From: Macrostomum lignano
Taxonomy: Eukaryota
DNA length: 64,000 bases
Direction: 5' to 3'
Assembly: GCA_002269645.1 (NCBI GenBank)
Contig: NIVC01002737.1
Span: 1 to 64,000 of the forward strand
Positions 22,683 through 38,862 of this stretch are shown here, piece after piece. How positions within the stretch are numbered: position 1 is the stretch's first letter; every line of letters starts with the position of its first letter. A program made the position numbers and the translations under genes. The notes under the pieces are model-generated. The model ran no database searches. It saw only the letters and a program-made list of their open reading frames with translations, and was not told the origin of the DNA.

Positions 22683-25487
22683 TCACAGAACGAGCATTTC
22701 AAACTCCTTCAAAGAGTAATGCGAGCCGTACGGGAACCTCCAGATGATGCCCTGACAGAAGGGGATCTCTACAGCTCCAGGGAATTGCCGGAACACTCCG
22801 TTCGGACAGGTATGCGAGCAGTTCGAATACCACCAGGCTCCATGGAACTGGGCCGCGCAGTTGTGGACATAGACGTTCCGATCCGCGTCCCTCGCGCTGA
22901 ACCTGAGCCCGGAATTCCGGGTCAGCGAGTCGCCGATTCCAGCGCTGCCAGAGAAGCCGGACACGCTCAGCCGGTAGTGGTCGGACTCGGAACCGACCGA
23001 GAAGCTGGAGTACTCAGCCCAGCTCACCGAGTCGTTCCAAGTTTTCATCAGGATCCTCAGCTTCCGGTTTACAGGAAAAGTGAGTTCATTCAGTGCGTTG
23101 AGGCCTAAAGGTTTTAAAAGTATTGCATCAGCTTGAAATTCAGTTTGTCATGGAAATTCTGTACAAAGTTACGGATTCAAACAATATGAGCCGTTTACCA
23201 AAAATGCGGTTTTGTCATTCTCGCGTCCGACGCATCGTGACAAACTTTAAAACTATTCTCGTTACTTTTAGTAGTGTATACGATGCATTTACAGCTTTTT
23301 AATATGAGCCATTATGAGTAGTGCGTGAGTAGAGAATTAATATTCGATTGTTTGTGAAGTTTGTGAAGATTGTTTGCCTACTCAACAGTCTGCACAAGTA
23401 AGAGCTGCTATATACGATCTGGACTATGAAAACTGAATTTTAGCTCGTAATTTCATAATACATGTAACTCAATGAAAGTGATGAGAGAGCGAACTCGACA
23501 GGAGCTCAAGTTTCTTATCCTCTTTGACGTGACATCCACCGGCTTCCGAGAGAGGGGGTAGGGGCGCTAACCATGACACAGGGGCGCAATTAACCATGAA
23601 ACAGGGGCGCCAACCATAAGACAGGGGCGCAAACCATGAAACAGGGGCGCCAACCATGAAACAGGAGCGCCAACCATGAGACAGGGGCGCCAACCATGAA
23701 ACAGGAGCGCCAACCATGAGACAGGGGCGCAAACCATGAGACAGGGGCGCAAACCATGAGACAGGGGCGCTAAAAATGAGACAGGGGCGCTAAAAATGAG
23801 ACAGGGGCGCTAAAAATGAGACAGGGGCGCTAAAAATGAGACAGGGGCGCAAACCATGAGACAGGGGCGCCAAAAATGAGACTGTAGAGAAAATACTAAC
23901 GATTGAATTATGATATATTTAAATTAGAGTTAAATTGAATCTAAGATAAGCCAGTAAGTGGGCGCAGGGCCCAAACAAGTATATTTATACCAGACATTAA
24001 CTTAGAGGGTTTGAATTGCAGATAATAAAGAGAGGGGGTGGAGTGCGCGACTGAGGAAAGAGGCGAGAACGGAGAGCCAATCAGAACGCAGCAAGGGAGA
24101 GAGAGATAAGAATAACAAGATTGAGCTAGACAGAGAGAGAGAGAGAAAACAGAGTAAACAGAGACAAGTGAAGGTGAACTAAGAAATGACTAGGAAAGTC
24201 GCGACAGAGACAGGGGCGCCAACAATGAGACAGGGGCGCAAACCATGAGACAGGGGCGACAATCATGAGACAGGGGCGCAAACCATGAGACAGGGGCGAC
24301 AATTATGAGACAGGGGCGCAAACCATGAGACAGGGGTGCCCACCAAGAAACAGGGGCGCCCACTCTTCTTTCAGCCTTGGAAATTCAGCAGCTGCATGTT
24401 AATTTGCAGCTTAAATTTTCAAAAAATGTTCAGCTGAGACGGGAAACAAGTAAAATTGCTTTCTGCAAGGATTTCTGTAGAAGAAAAAAATTCATAATGA
24501 AAAGAACTGCAAGTAGCTGTGATCTTCTTACAATTTGGCACTTTGCTCAAAGCTGATGATTCATATCTCACCAGTGCATTTTAAAGCGAAATCTGCCCAA
24601 AAATGAACATCACTCACCGATCCAGTAGTTTCCGTCGGGTCCCTCGCCGAACTCGCTCTGGTACTGAGTCCAGTTGCGGTCAAAGTCCACTGAACCGGAC
24701 ACCCTGTGCTGCACGGTGGTCCAGCAGTCACTGCTGGCTGTCTAGAAGGTTAAGCGTGAGCAGGTGACTAAATGCGTTGGAATGAGTACTTCGTGGGAAT
24801 ATGATCGCACTGCAGTTGAAAAAATAATTGATTACACCTGCTCTAATGGCCAGGTGTGCAACCGACAATTCGGCCGCAGCTATTGCTGCGTACGGCTGTT
24901 CAGTCCAAGGACTGGGGGTCGCCGCACACCCTTAATTAACCCCAGCTAATGCTGGGCACCCATTTTACAGCTGGGTTAACTGAAGCAATGCAGAGTTAAG
25001 TGTCTTGCTCAAGGACACAAATTATTCCAAGGGAGTTGAGAATCGAACCCCCGACCTTCCAGTCGTGAGTCCGAAGCTCTAACTACTACCCCTCCTCATC
25101 CTAAAGAGAGCCCAAGGACAGCCCTTCGCATTCTTTCATCTGTTCGAATTGCCAGACTGACTCAAGACTCACCCACACTGGCTGAGCTCCCTTGTTCGCA
25201 TTGCGGCACTTCCTGCAGTGGCTCAGGCCCAGACGGCACCTGAAGTGAGCGCACAGGCCGGAGCTGGCGCTGAACGCCACCAGCTGCACAGCGGAGTCGC
25301 TGCTGGCAGCGGCCAAGCAGTCTGCCAGAGACTCCATGTTGATCAGACGGGCAGCTTCGTAGTCAGAGAGGCTCTCACTGCTGGGCCACCAGTTTCTTTC
25401 TCTAGCTGCAGCTTCTGATGCAGCGGCAAGATGCTGCACTGCAGCGAGCATCAGCAGGGAGCCCGATAGGGCGGCTGTTTTTGCCAT
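22683..25487 (-). CDS. Secreted fibrinogen-related (FReD) protein with signal peptide and Cys-containing N-terminal module; exons 25487-25173, 24741-24618, 23104-22683 (~286 aa)
   Basis: [71 protein letters not shown] are FReD hallmarks. Hydrophobic N-terminus [27 protein letters not shown] junctions give phases 0 and 1. Confidence 0.88.
23565..24362. repeat. 20-bp minisatellite GACAGGGGCGCAAACCATGA in FReD intron 2, split by a solo LTR
   Basis: Units at 23565-23882 and 24207-24362. Confidence 0.92.
23883..24206. mobile_element. Solo LTR (324 bp)
   Basis: TG...CA termini flanked by a 5-bp duplication GAGAC (23878-23882, 24207-24211); internal TATA-, CCAAT- and AATAAA-like motifs; unrelated to the Gypsy LTRs at 4112/8585. 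Confidence 0.8.
24800..25092 (-). mobile_element. tRNA-derived SINE with CORE-like central domain, in FReD intron 1
   Basis: On -: tRNA-like head with B box GGTTCGATTC, then GTGTCCTTGAGCAAGACACTTAACTCTGCATTGCTTCAGTTAACCCAGCTGTAAAATGGG, resembling the MIR/CORE-SINE core. 3' boundary approximate. Confidence 0.75.
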
Positions 25488-28334
25488 CTGCTCGTGCGCA
25501 CACACTTCTTTGGTTTGCAGTCAGCTATTAGCTTTGACTCAACTGTTCAAATGGTGAATTCTGTATAAAGAAGAGAAAAGGTTGATCCAAATGTCTTTTC
25601 CTTAATTAATAACCTTTAAAAGTGCTTAATTCAATCAATGCATGCAAATAAGAATTTTATGGCAGTAGACAGTGGCCCAAGACCCCGGCCTAATGGGCAG
25701 GCAAAATGCTGGCGCCCACATCCTGGAAGTTTCTCTCACCTTTCTGATGCTGCCGAAGTGAGGATTACGAGTGGCAGAGCTCCAAGAAAGAAAGTTAGCT
25801 GAAGCAGTCAAGCAAAGCTTTGTAATATAGCAGCTTTCAAGTGCTTTCATGGTTGCTATAGAGTACAGCTTGATTGATGTTTGCTAACAGAAGCGAGCCT
25901 AAAAGCCATTTGGGCAAAGCACTGCGCATGCATGGAGATACTTGGATAGAGCTCCGACAGAGGGCAATTGTGTCATGGGAAGCAGCGTTGCTTTTGTGTC
26001 GCAAGCTTCAGCAAATAAAGAAGCAGTACGCCTATATAATAAGTAGCTATCAATCGGAGCATGCAGCAGACGTTAGTTACTGAGGCCGGGAACTCAAACA
26101 GCTGTTCGAGTGTCAAAAAACGTAACTTACTTCAACTGCTGGCAGCTTCTAAATAGGCTGTTTACCTGCTTGGAAGAGTAGCTATGCTCGTGTCGCTGTG
26201 CTGAGAAACACCTCAAACACGTCTTGATTCCCACAGATGAAAGCCTATTGTAGCTTACATGTACAGTGCATGCATGTATAGATTAGCCGACTGCTTTAAT
26301 TAAAGCAAACTACATGTAATTGCCGATTGCAACAATTGCGCTCTTGTGTGGCTGCATTCTTTGCTCCATTTTGACAAATACACTGTACTGCACGCTCGCA
26401 ACACACTGCTTCTTTTACATATATCTCGGACGTAGGAAATTTTTTGCCTGCATTCACGTACATATTCAATTAAATTATACGAGTAATTAATCAATTGGAC
26501 CAGAAAAGTTGCAAAAATATGCTATCCCTGGATCCGCCATGGCTACGGAGTCCCTTGCATCTATCCCACTGATGGACTGCTCTTGGTGGGACATTTATGA
26601 ATTGATCGAAGCGGTAAAAATGGCCCGAAATGATCGTTTTAAATTAAATTATGAAGATTATTTTAGTACCGCTAGAAATCCCGCTAAAATCTGAAATCAA
26701 TCTCCAGTAAATGATATTCTGGATCCCCCACACATGTGTAGGCCCAAGGTGATAAGACGAAACGTAAGATTGACTGTGCAACTGCGACAGGCATTTATTC
26801 ACTAGGCAGTCGAGAGTCTCGTCGGGACTAATTAATTTAAGCTGGGCTCCAGAGGACTAGCGGAGACGCGGAAGAGAGGCTGCAAGTTGGCACATTAGCT
26901 ACTAGAAAATTCTCAATCAGCATTACGATAAAGCTTAGCTACTGGGAATCGCTAGCCATACTATATAAAAAGCTGAGAAAGAAATTGAAATTAAAAAATA
27001 AAAATTTGAATTGCTGAAAAAATCAAAAAATTATCATCATAGTGATACATTTTTGTTAAACATACTTTTGTACTTTGGCCAGAGTAGTATGACGAGTATA
27101 CTTTTAAAAAGAGCTTGTCGAATGCACATCGAAAGCTTTGATGCCGCGTAGTGATTCCCGTGATTCCCTGATTTGTGAATTCATATTAATTTACACTCTA
27201 CTCTGCTAATCCTTTTTAGGCTATCAAAGAGTCAATAATTGGTTCATGTACTAACCTTTTTTGGTCAGTTGTACTTGTATTGTGTGATTGATTAATGATT
27301 TGACAGTTAGCAAACTATAGGCTAATAAGTCTAGTGGCTTCGTATTTTAAATATGGAGTTTTAGAAATCCTCGTGGGCCACCTCAATGTTATTTTGTACT
27401 TAACAAAAACTTTTCTACTTTATTTAGCTAAACTAAATCATTATTTTGACTCTTCTAATTTTCTAATTTTAATTTTCTATTTCTACGAGTAATTTTGAAT
27501 TACAATTTAAGCATAGGCCCCCATGCCATATAAGTGTGAATTATAGGTTTTAGCTAAATTTGCACTTAATTTAATTCTTGCAATAATTTTTGCAATAATA
27601 ATTCATTTACTAATTGCCTCTAACTTAATTAAAACTAAATTGCAATAGAATTTGTAACATTTGAATTTGAATATGTGCTTTTCAACATTGATTTTTAATT
27701 TGCAATTATTAGTAAAAAGTTACCATTTATTAGTTTCAAACCTATTCCATCATTATTAGAAAACAAGATATTAAAGTTAGCATACCAAATAAAAGCTACA
27801 TAATTATTTATCAGTGATTTTTCTTTTTTATTTACATTGGTAGGCAAATGTTAGGCCTATAGACTAGTAAATACTCCAACATATCTTAAGTAAGAATTTG
27901 TTTGACAAGATGTATTGATTCTAGGGTGAGTATGCAGTGTTTTGGTAAAGTGCTTTTTATATCAATAAGTTGCTTTTTAGCCATTCAATATAATTTTAAC
28001 CATTGACTGTGGTTTTTATAAATAATAAAACAAAGGCATGTGGAAAATAAAACAAAAAAGTTTTTTTGAAGAAAATGATCAATTAGTAGCCTATATTTAA
28101 ATTCATAATATATTTTTTAAGATTATTAACAATATTTTTTATATTTAGAAAAGTCTGCTATGAATTTTTATCCTATTCAGTGATTGGTTTATTTGTATTT
28201 AATCATTAATAATTTGCAGTGCGGAACAACAAACCAGGCTCTGCTATGTTTATAACCATAGATGTACTACTATCTAAGCAACCAGATTAGTCCCAAATTA
28301 CATCACTAGGCCAAACCATTCAGTTCCAGTAGCA

Positions 28335-32690
<4,356 letters not shown>

Positions 32691-32764
32691 GCCGGCTGGC
32701 CACTTTCCGACTTGTTGCCATGGTTACAGCTTGTTCAGCTTGTTTCAGTTATTTTTGATGGCGG

Positions 32765-33005
32765 AGGATTGTGAGGATTCAGATCCCACATAATCCCAAA
32801 TGTAAGGATTAAAATCCCACATGATCCCAAATGTGAGGATTCTAAATCCCAGATCCCAAATGTGAGGATTCTAAATCTCAGATGATCCCAAATGTGAGGA
32901 TTCTAAATCTCAGATGATCCCAAATGTGAGGATTCTAAATCCCAGATGATCCCAAATGTGAGGATTCTAAATCTCAGATGATCCCAAATTTGAGGATTCT
33001 AAATC
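32765..33005. repeat. ~31-bp tandem repeat downstream of the RPA1 stop (TGTGAGGATTCTAAATCCCAGATGATCCCAAA)
   Basis: About 7 copies visible. Confidence 0.85.
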
Positions 33006-33927
33006 CCTATAACAGATAAGGACACTAAAATCAGGCACCCGATACAGTAAAAAGTCATTAAGACAGACTGTTCAGAGAGTTCAGCTGCAGAGGCATTTCC
33101 CATGTTTTTGTTAATTTTCTGTTACCATTTTTTGTTTTTTTTTGTCGTTTTCCGAGTGCTCAAAACTTTTTCTGCTTCTAGTTTTTCTCGGCGCGGCATT
33201 TTGCCAGTTTTCTATCTCATTTTTCCAAAGTTTTCTTCAATAAACTTGAGCAGCTGTTTGGCCAGCCTCTTTGCAAACTGGCTACATCTCTCAAGATGAA
33301 AGCGCTGTGCATTTTGCCTATTGGCAATTTCTGGCTCATAGAATTTGTGGACGTATTGGGAAGTTTTAATTGCTTCAGCTCATTTGATCTCTATATACAT
33401 GTGGGAGTTCGCACTTAAGGACTCGCTCACATCAGCTCACTTCCTGGTGCACTCACTGCTCAGGCAATCAATCAGATTCGGCTTCTCTGTCTTTTGTGAA
33501 TTGGAACTCAGGCTCTCAGTCTCAGCTTAGTCTACATATGCGTTAGGCTAACCGCGTCCAACTATGCTTAACTTTCTGGGGTGGGACTGGCGGACCGTTC
33601 AAGCTGAATACTCGCACATGTACAGACAGACAGTCGAACGTGTCCCGTGAACGATCACGCCAAACACTAAAGCTAAAGTTAAAGCATGCATGTACATGTA
33701 AATGCAAAAATAGTAATATTCCAGTGCCCCAGAGGCTGAGGTTACGAGCTATTTGAGTCAATCCCTGCCCTCGTATCAATCTGACAATGGATGTCAATTG
33801 ATTAGCAACTCGCTCCTAGTGGCAATCTGAAATAATTTGGCGTGGCTGCTCTCCTGAGCAGTGATTCTAAATTTAGCTTTCTGTGGCACTTGCAGTATAT
33901 ATAGACAAATGAAGGCCCACTGGGGCA

Positions 33928-34009
33928 GACGAGGTGGCCGAGTGGTTATGGCGATGGACTGCTAATCCATTGGGGTTTCCCCGCGTGGGTTCGAATCCCA
34001 TCCTCGTCG
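33928..34009 (+). tRNA. tRNA-Ser(GCT), 82 nt with long variable arm
   Basis: GACGAGG/CCTCGTC acceptor stem, A box TGGCCGAGTGG, anticodon loop CTGCTAA, variable arm GGGGTTTCCCC, B box GGTTCGAATCC, T7 Pol III terminator at ~34015-34021. Confidence 0.97.
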
Positions 34010-35613
34010 ATGAATTTTTTTCGCGTCAACTAAGGTAAGCTATTTTGATTTTTGAGTCTCGACTATCAGATATTTTACTGAGCAGCATTATTATGCTCGT
34101 TGAGCGAATTTTTAATCGTTGATCCAGCGCTAAAGCACAGTACAGACTGCACTGCTTATGAATGTCAATCTTAAGATGCTCTTCAGTTGATGAAGGCGAG
34201 AGCAGCAGTGAATGAAAAAATGTACAAATTAACAATTCTCTGCCTGCAAAATTTGAGTCAGGAAACACTTGTGCCGCCAACTGTTTTTGTGTTAAAAACT
34301 TTATAGCACTGAGAAGTATACTTCACAACATATCGGCAAAAGCAATCAAAATCCGGTTTACTCAAATTGAAGAAGTCAAAAAGTCGAAAGCCAAATAAGC
34401 TTATTTTTGGAGGCGAGCGATGAAACAGTAATATGGTTATTATATATTGTATTATAAAGGTTTCGCTAGCAGAGCCAGGACACAATTGACAGAAGAGTTA
34501 CTGAGGCAATTAAAACAACCGGGGTTGACAACACAGGGTTGGTTACGTTAAGTCATTTTTGCGACTACAAACTTGACAGAAAACAAGCCAAGAGTAAGTG
34601 AATTCAGACTTGCAGAGAGCCCACTTTCCTTCTAATCCATTAAACTAATAAAATGGCTTAATGCTTTGCTGCTAAGTCAATCAGGATAGCCGCTTGAAAC
34701 AGAAAGGCGTAAATACGATACAAAACAGAGTTGAATGCCTCTTATGAACTGGGGAAATGTCCAAAATGGCCTCAGGGCCCACCGATACGAGGCGGAATTC
34801 AAAACCATGGTCGTTTTGTTAGTTTTCTTTATTTAAATTTGATTTTCGTGAAATTTATATAAATTTTAGATAAACGTTTTAATCAGACTACTAGATTCAG
34901 TAGGCTATAATGAATAATACTCTCAACTTACTTGAATTGAAAAGGTTTAACTGCCCCAAAATGAAGCGTCACTACAGTGTGCCATTGTGAAGTAGAGAGA
35001 CAGAGTTAGGGCAACAAAACAAAGGCATTCCTAATTAAGGGAGGTGCAATCTACAGGTAACGCGGAAAAAAAACAAAACAACAAACAGATGCTTGAACAT
35101 TAAACGCTGCACTCAGTAGCATAAATATAAATAAAAGCTACAGATGAAGGAGAGCTGGCCAGCTGGATAAAGCCACATCAATATGGAATTTCGGTAAAAC
35201 AATAAAATGGTATTTTCATTAACTATTACCGAGTAATGAACCGAAATTACAGCTTGAAATAAATTATACTTTCGATACATATCGCTTTGAATGTCATCGC
35301 TGTTGCGCTGCTACGGGTAAAAATGAATTGCAGTACGCAAATTAAAGTACAGAGCAGATTGATCAAAAATAAAAAGGAGCGAATTTTGTCCGACAGACAG
35401 CTTCTCGTGAATTCAACTGGATAAGTGGCGGTGTTGCGAACCAGTAAATAAAACTGCTGGACACAACAGTGAGCTGAAATTGAGGGACTTGCAGAGGGAC
35501 TTATAGATAAACAGAAGATATATATAGGGATGAATAAATATGAGCTTATAAACTAATAGAATAAGTGAAACTTCAGAAAAGAAAACGAAGGGATTAAGAG
35601 ACAGGAGCACAAA

Positions 35614-36190
35614 TTAACTGGTATCTCCATAGCAACAGGGGATTTCCCTAGCAACAGGATTCTCCCTAACCACTAGGTAGAACCTCATAAGAAACTGAGT
35701 TATCCTAGAGACAATAATATCCCTAGCAACAGTAATCCCCCTAGCAACGGAAAACAAGCAACTGGAATCTCCACAGCAACTGGGGATTTCCCTAGCTACA
35801 GGATTCTCTCTAGCCGTTAGGAAATTCCCAGAGACAAGAAGCATTAAAAATCCAAACATTAATCGCCCTAGCAACTGGAACCTCCATAGCAACTGAGGAT
35901 TTCCCTAGCAACAGGATTCTTCCTAGCCACTAGGTAGAACCTAAGAAACGGAGTTATCCTAGAGACAAGAATATCCCTAGCAACAGTAATCCCCCTAGCA
36001 ACGGAAAACAAGCAACTGGAATCTCCACAGCAACTGGGGATTTCCCTAGCTACAGGATTCTCTCTAGCCGCTAGGAAATTCCCAGAGACAAGAAGCATTA
36101 AAAATCCAAACATTAATCGCCCTAGCAACTGGAACCTCCATAGCAACTGAGGATTTCCCTAGCAACAGGATTCTTCCTAGCCACTAGGAC
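35614..36190. repeat. 254-bp tandem duplication built from CCCTAGCAAC subrepeats, downstream of the hnRNP L stop
   Basis: Two near-identical minus-strand ORFs (35614-35892 and 35868-36146) are offset by exactly 254 nt. Confidence 0.85.
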
Positions 36191-36422
36191 CTTTCTAGAT
36201 ACAAGAATACCCTTAGCAACTGGGATCTCCCTGGCAACGGGAGTTCCTCATTAAGATGAAACACCTTAGCAACAGAAGTTGCATAAGAAAACGGGAAATT
36301 GAAAAAACCAACAGTCGCAATTTTTTCAAGCCCCGAGAAGGGCTCAACTGATACAAAGAAATCCAATCTTCAAAGCCCAGTAATTATTGCAAAGTTGCAG
36401 AGCGAGCCCACACTGCAGCAGC

Positions 36423-36893
36423 TCACTTGGCGTTGGAAGGCCTGCTGCCGCTGCCGTCCTTCTTGTTAACAGCATAGGTCAGCTTGAGCCGGGCCGACTC
36501 GCCCACTATGGAGTGGTTGGCCAGGCAGATGGCGTCTGTGGCGTCCTGCGGCGTCTCGAAGGTGATCCAGCCCGTGGTGCACTTCTCGGTCTGCATGGCA
36601 ACCTCCACCGGGGCCGGGGCGCCGGCCTCCTTCAGCGCGTCGCGCACCGTCTCCTCGTCCGAGCCGTCCGGGCAGCCCCAGAAGTACAGGACCGGGCCGA
36701 TTTTGCCCAGCGAGGCCTGGTTCTTGGCGGCCGACTCCGGCGTCATGAAGCGGTTGAACTTCAGCGAGTCGTACGACTTCTCGGCCAGGGTGCCGTCCGG
36801 CAGGGTGAAGTCCTTCGTGTTGCGCTTTACGTTGTCCTGCGGGTGGGGAGGGTTGGCGGGGGCTGCTTTTGCAGGATTGCAAAATATGAGGTG

Positions 36894-36926
<33 letters not shown>

Positions 36927-37110
36927 GCAGACAGACAGACAGACAGACAGACAGACAGGCAGGCAGGCAGGCAGACAGACACAGACAGACAGACAGGCAG
37001 ACAGACAGACAGACAGACAGACAGACAGGAAGACACAGACAGACAGGCAGACAGACACAGACACAGACAGACAGACAGGCAGACAGACACAGACAGACAT
37101 GCAGACAGAC

Positions 37111-37145
<35 letters not shown>

Positions 37146-38124
37146 CAGACAGGCAGACAGACAGACAGGCAGACAGACAGACAGACAGACAGGCAGACAG
37201 ACAGACAGGCAGACACAGACACACAGAGCCCGAGGCCGCACCTGGTCGGAAAGGGACACCCGCACGATGCTGCCAAGCACCCGCTGCCCGTTGAGGTGCT
37301 GCAGCGCCTGCTGGGCGGAGCCGGAGTCGCACATCTCAACCAGGGCGAAGCCCTCCTTGGTGGTGAGGAATTTGACGCGGCTGACGTTGCCGTAGAGCAC
37401 CAGCACGTTGAACAGGCGGTCGCAGTTCATCTGGGAGCTGAGGCCGCGCACCACAATGATGTTCTGGCCGGCCTGCGGGTGCCCGTAGGGGGCGGCGAAG
37501 CCGCCAGCTGCCGCTGGGTTGGCGGCAGCGGCAGCGGCGGCGACCCGGGACACGAGGCTCATGGCGCTCTGGGCCAGCAGCTCCTGGTTGGCGGCGCCAC
37601 CAGCGGCGCCAACTCCGGCGCCGCCGAGCTGGCCGGGCCGGCCCACGACGCCGCCAATGGCGTGGCCGGGGCCGGCGCCCACGAGGCCCTGCAGGCGGGT
37701 GCCCAGCAGGCCGACCTCGTCATTCGGGTTACCCAGCAGGCCACCGCCGCCGCCGCCTCCGGGGACCACCCGGGCGCGCTTGTTCATCCCGGCGCCGGCG
37801 CCGGAGGCCGCGCCGACCATGGACATCGAGGTCATGGAGTCGGCGTCTATGTCGTATCGGTACTCCTCCAGCACCGTCTCCCTGCCGAGAGGCGAGTCGG
37901 TGATTGACTTTGAACATAGCCCGCTTCAGACAATCCCTGCCTGTCTGTATTTTGATCTGTTTGTCTGTCTTGCTGTCTGTCTGTCTGTCTACCTACCTAT
38001 CTGTCTGCCTTACCTACCTGTCTGTCTACCTGTCTGTCTGTCTGTCTACATACCCGTCTGTCTGTCTATCTGTCTGTCTGTCTGTCTGTCTGTGTGTCTG
38101 TCTGTGTGTCTGTCTATCCATCTA

Positions 38125-38164
<40 letters not shown>

Positions 38165-38170
38165 CATACC

Positions 38171-38260
<90 letters not shown>

Positions 38261-38266
38261 CATACC

Positions 38267-38351
<85 letters not shown>

Positions 38352-38508
38352 GCCTGCCTGTCTATTTGTCTGTCTGTCTGCCTTACCTACCTGTCTGTCT
38401 GTCTACCTATCTGTCTGTCTGTCTATCTACATACCTGTCTGTCTGTCTGCCTTACCTACCTGTCTGTCTGTCTACCTATCTGTCTGTCTGTCTATCTATC
38501 TACATACC

Positions 38509-38541
<33 letters not shown>

Positions 38542-38597
38542 GCCTTACCTACCTGTCTGTCTGTCTACCTGTCTGTCTGTCTATCTACATACATACC

Positions 38598-38638
<41 letters not shown>

Positions 38639-38698
38639 GCCTTACCTACCTGTCTGTCTGTCTACCTATCTGTCTGTCTGTCTATCTATCTACATACC

Positions 38699-38747
<49 letters not shown>

Positions 38748-38803
38748 GCCTTACCTACCTGTCTGTCTGTCTGTCTACCTGTCTGTCTGTCTATCTACAT
38801 ACC

Positions 38804-38862
<59 letters not shown>

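Noticed and set aside
25640-26260. Moderately GC-rich stretch upstream of the FReD gene as a decayed coding sequence
   Set aside because: All frames have frequent stops and I recognised no motif; it needs BLASTx before any call.
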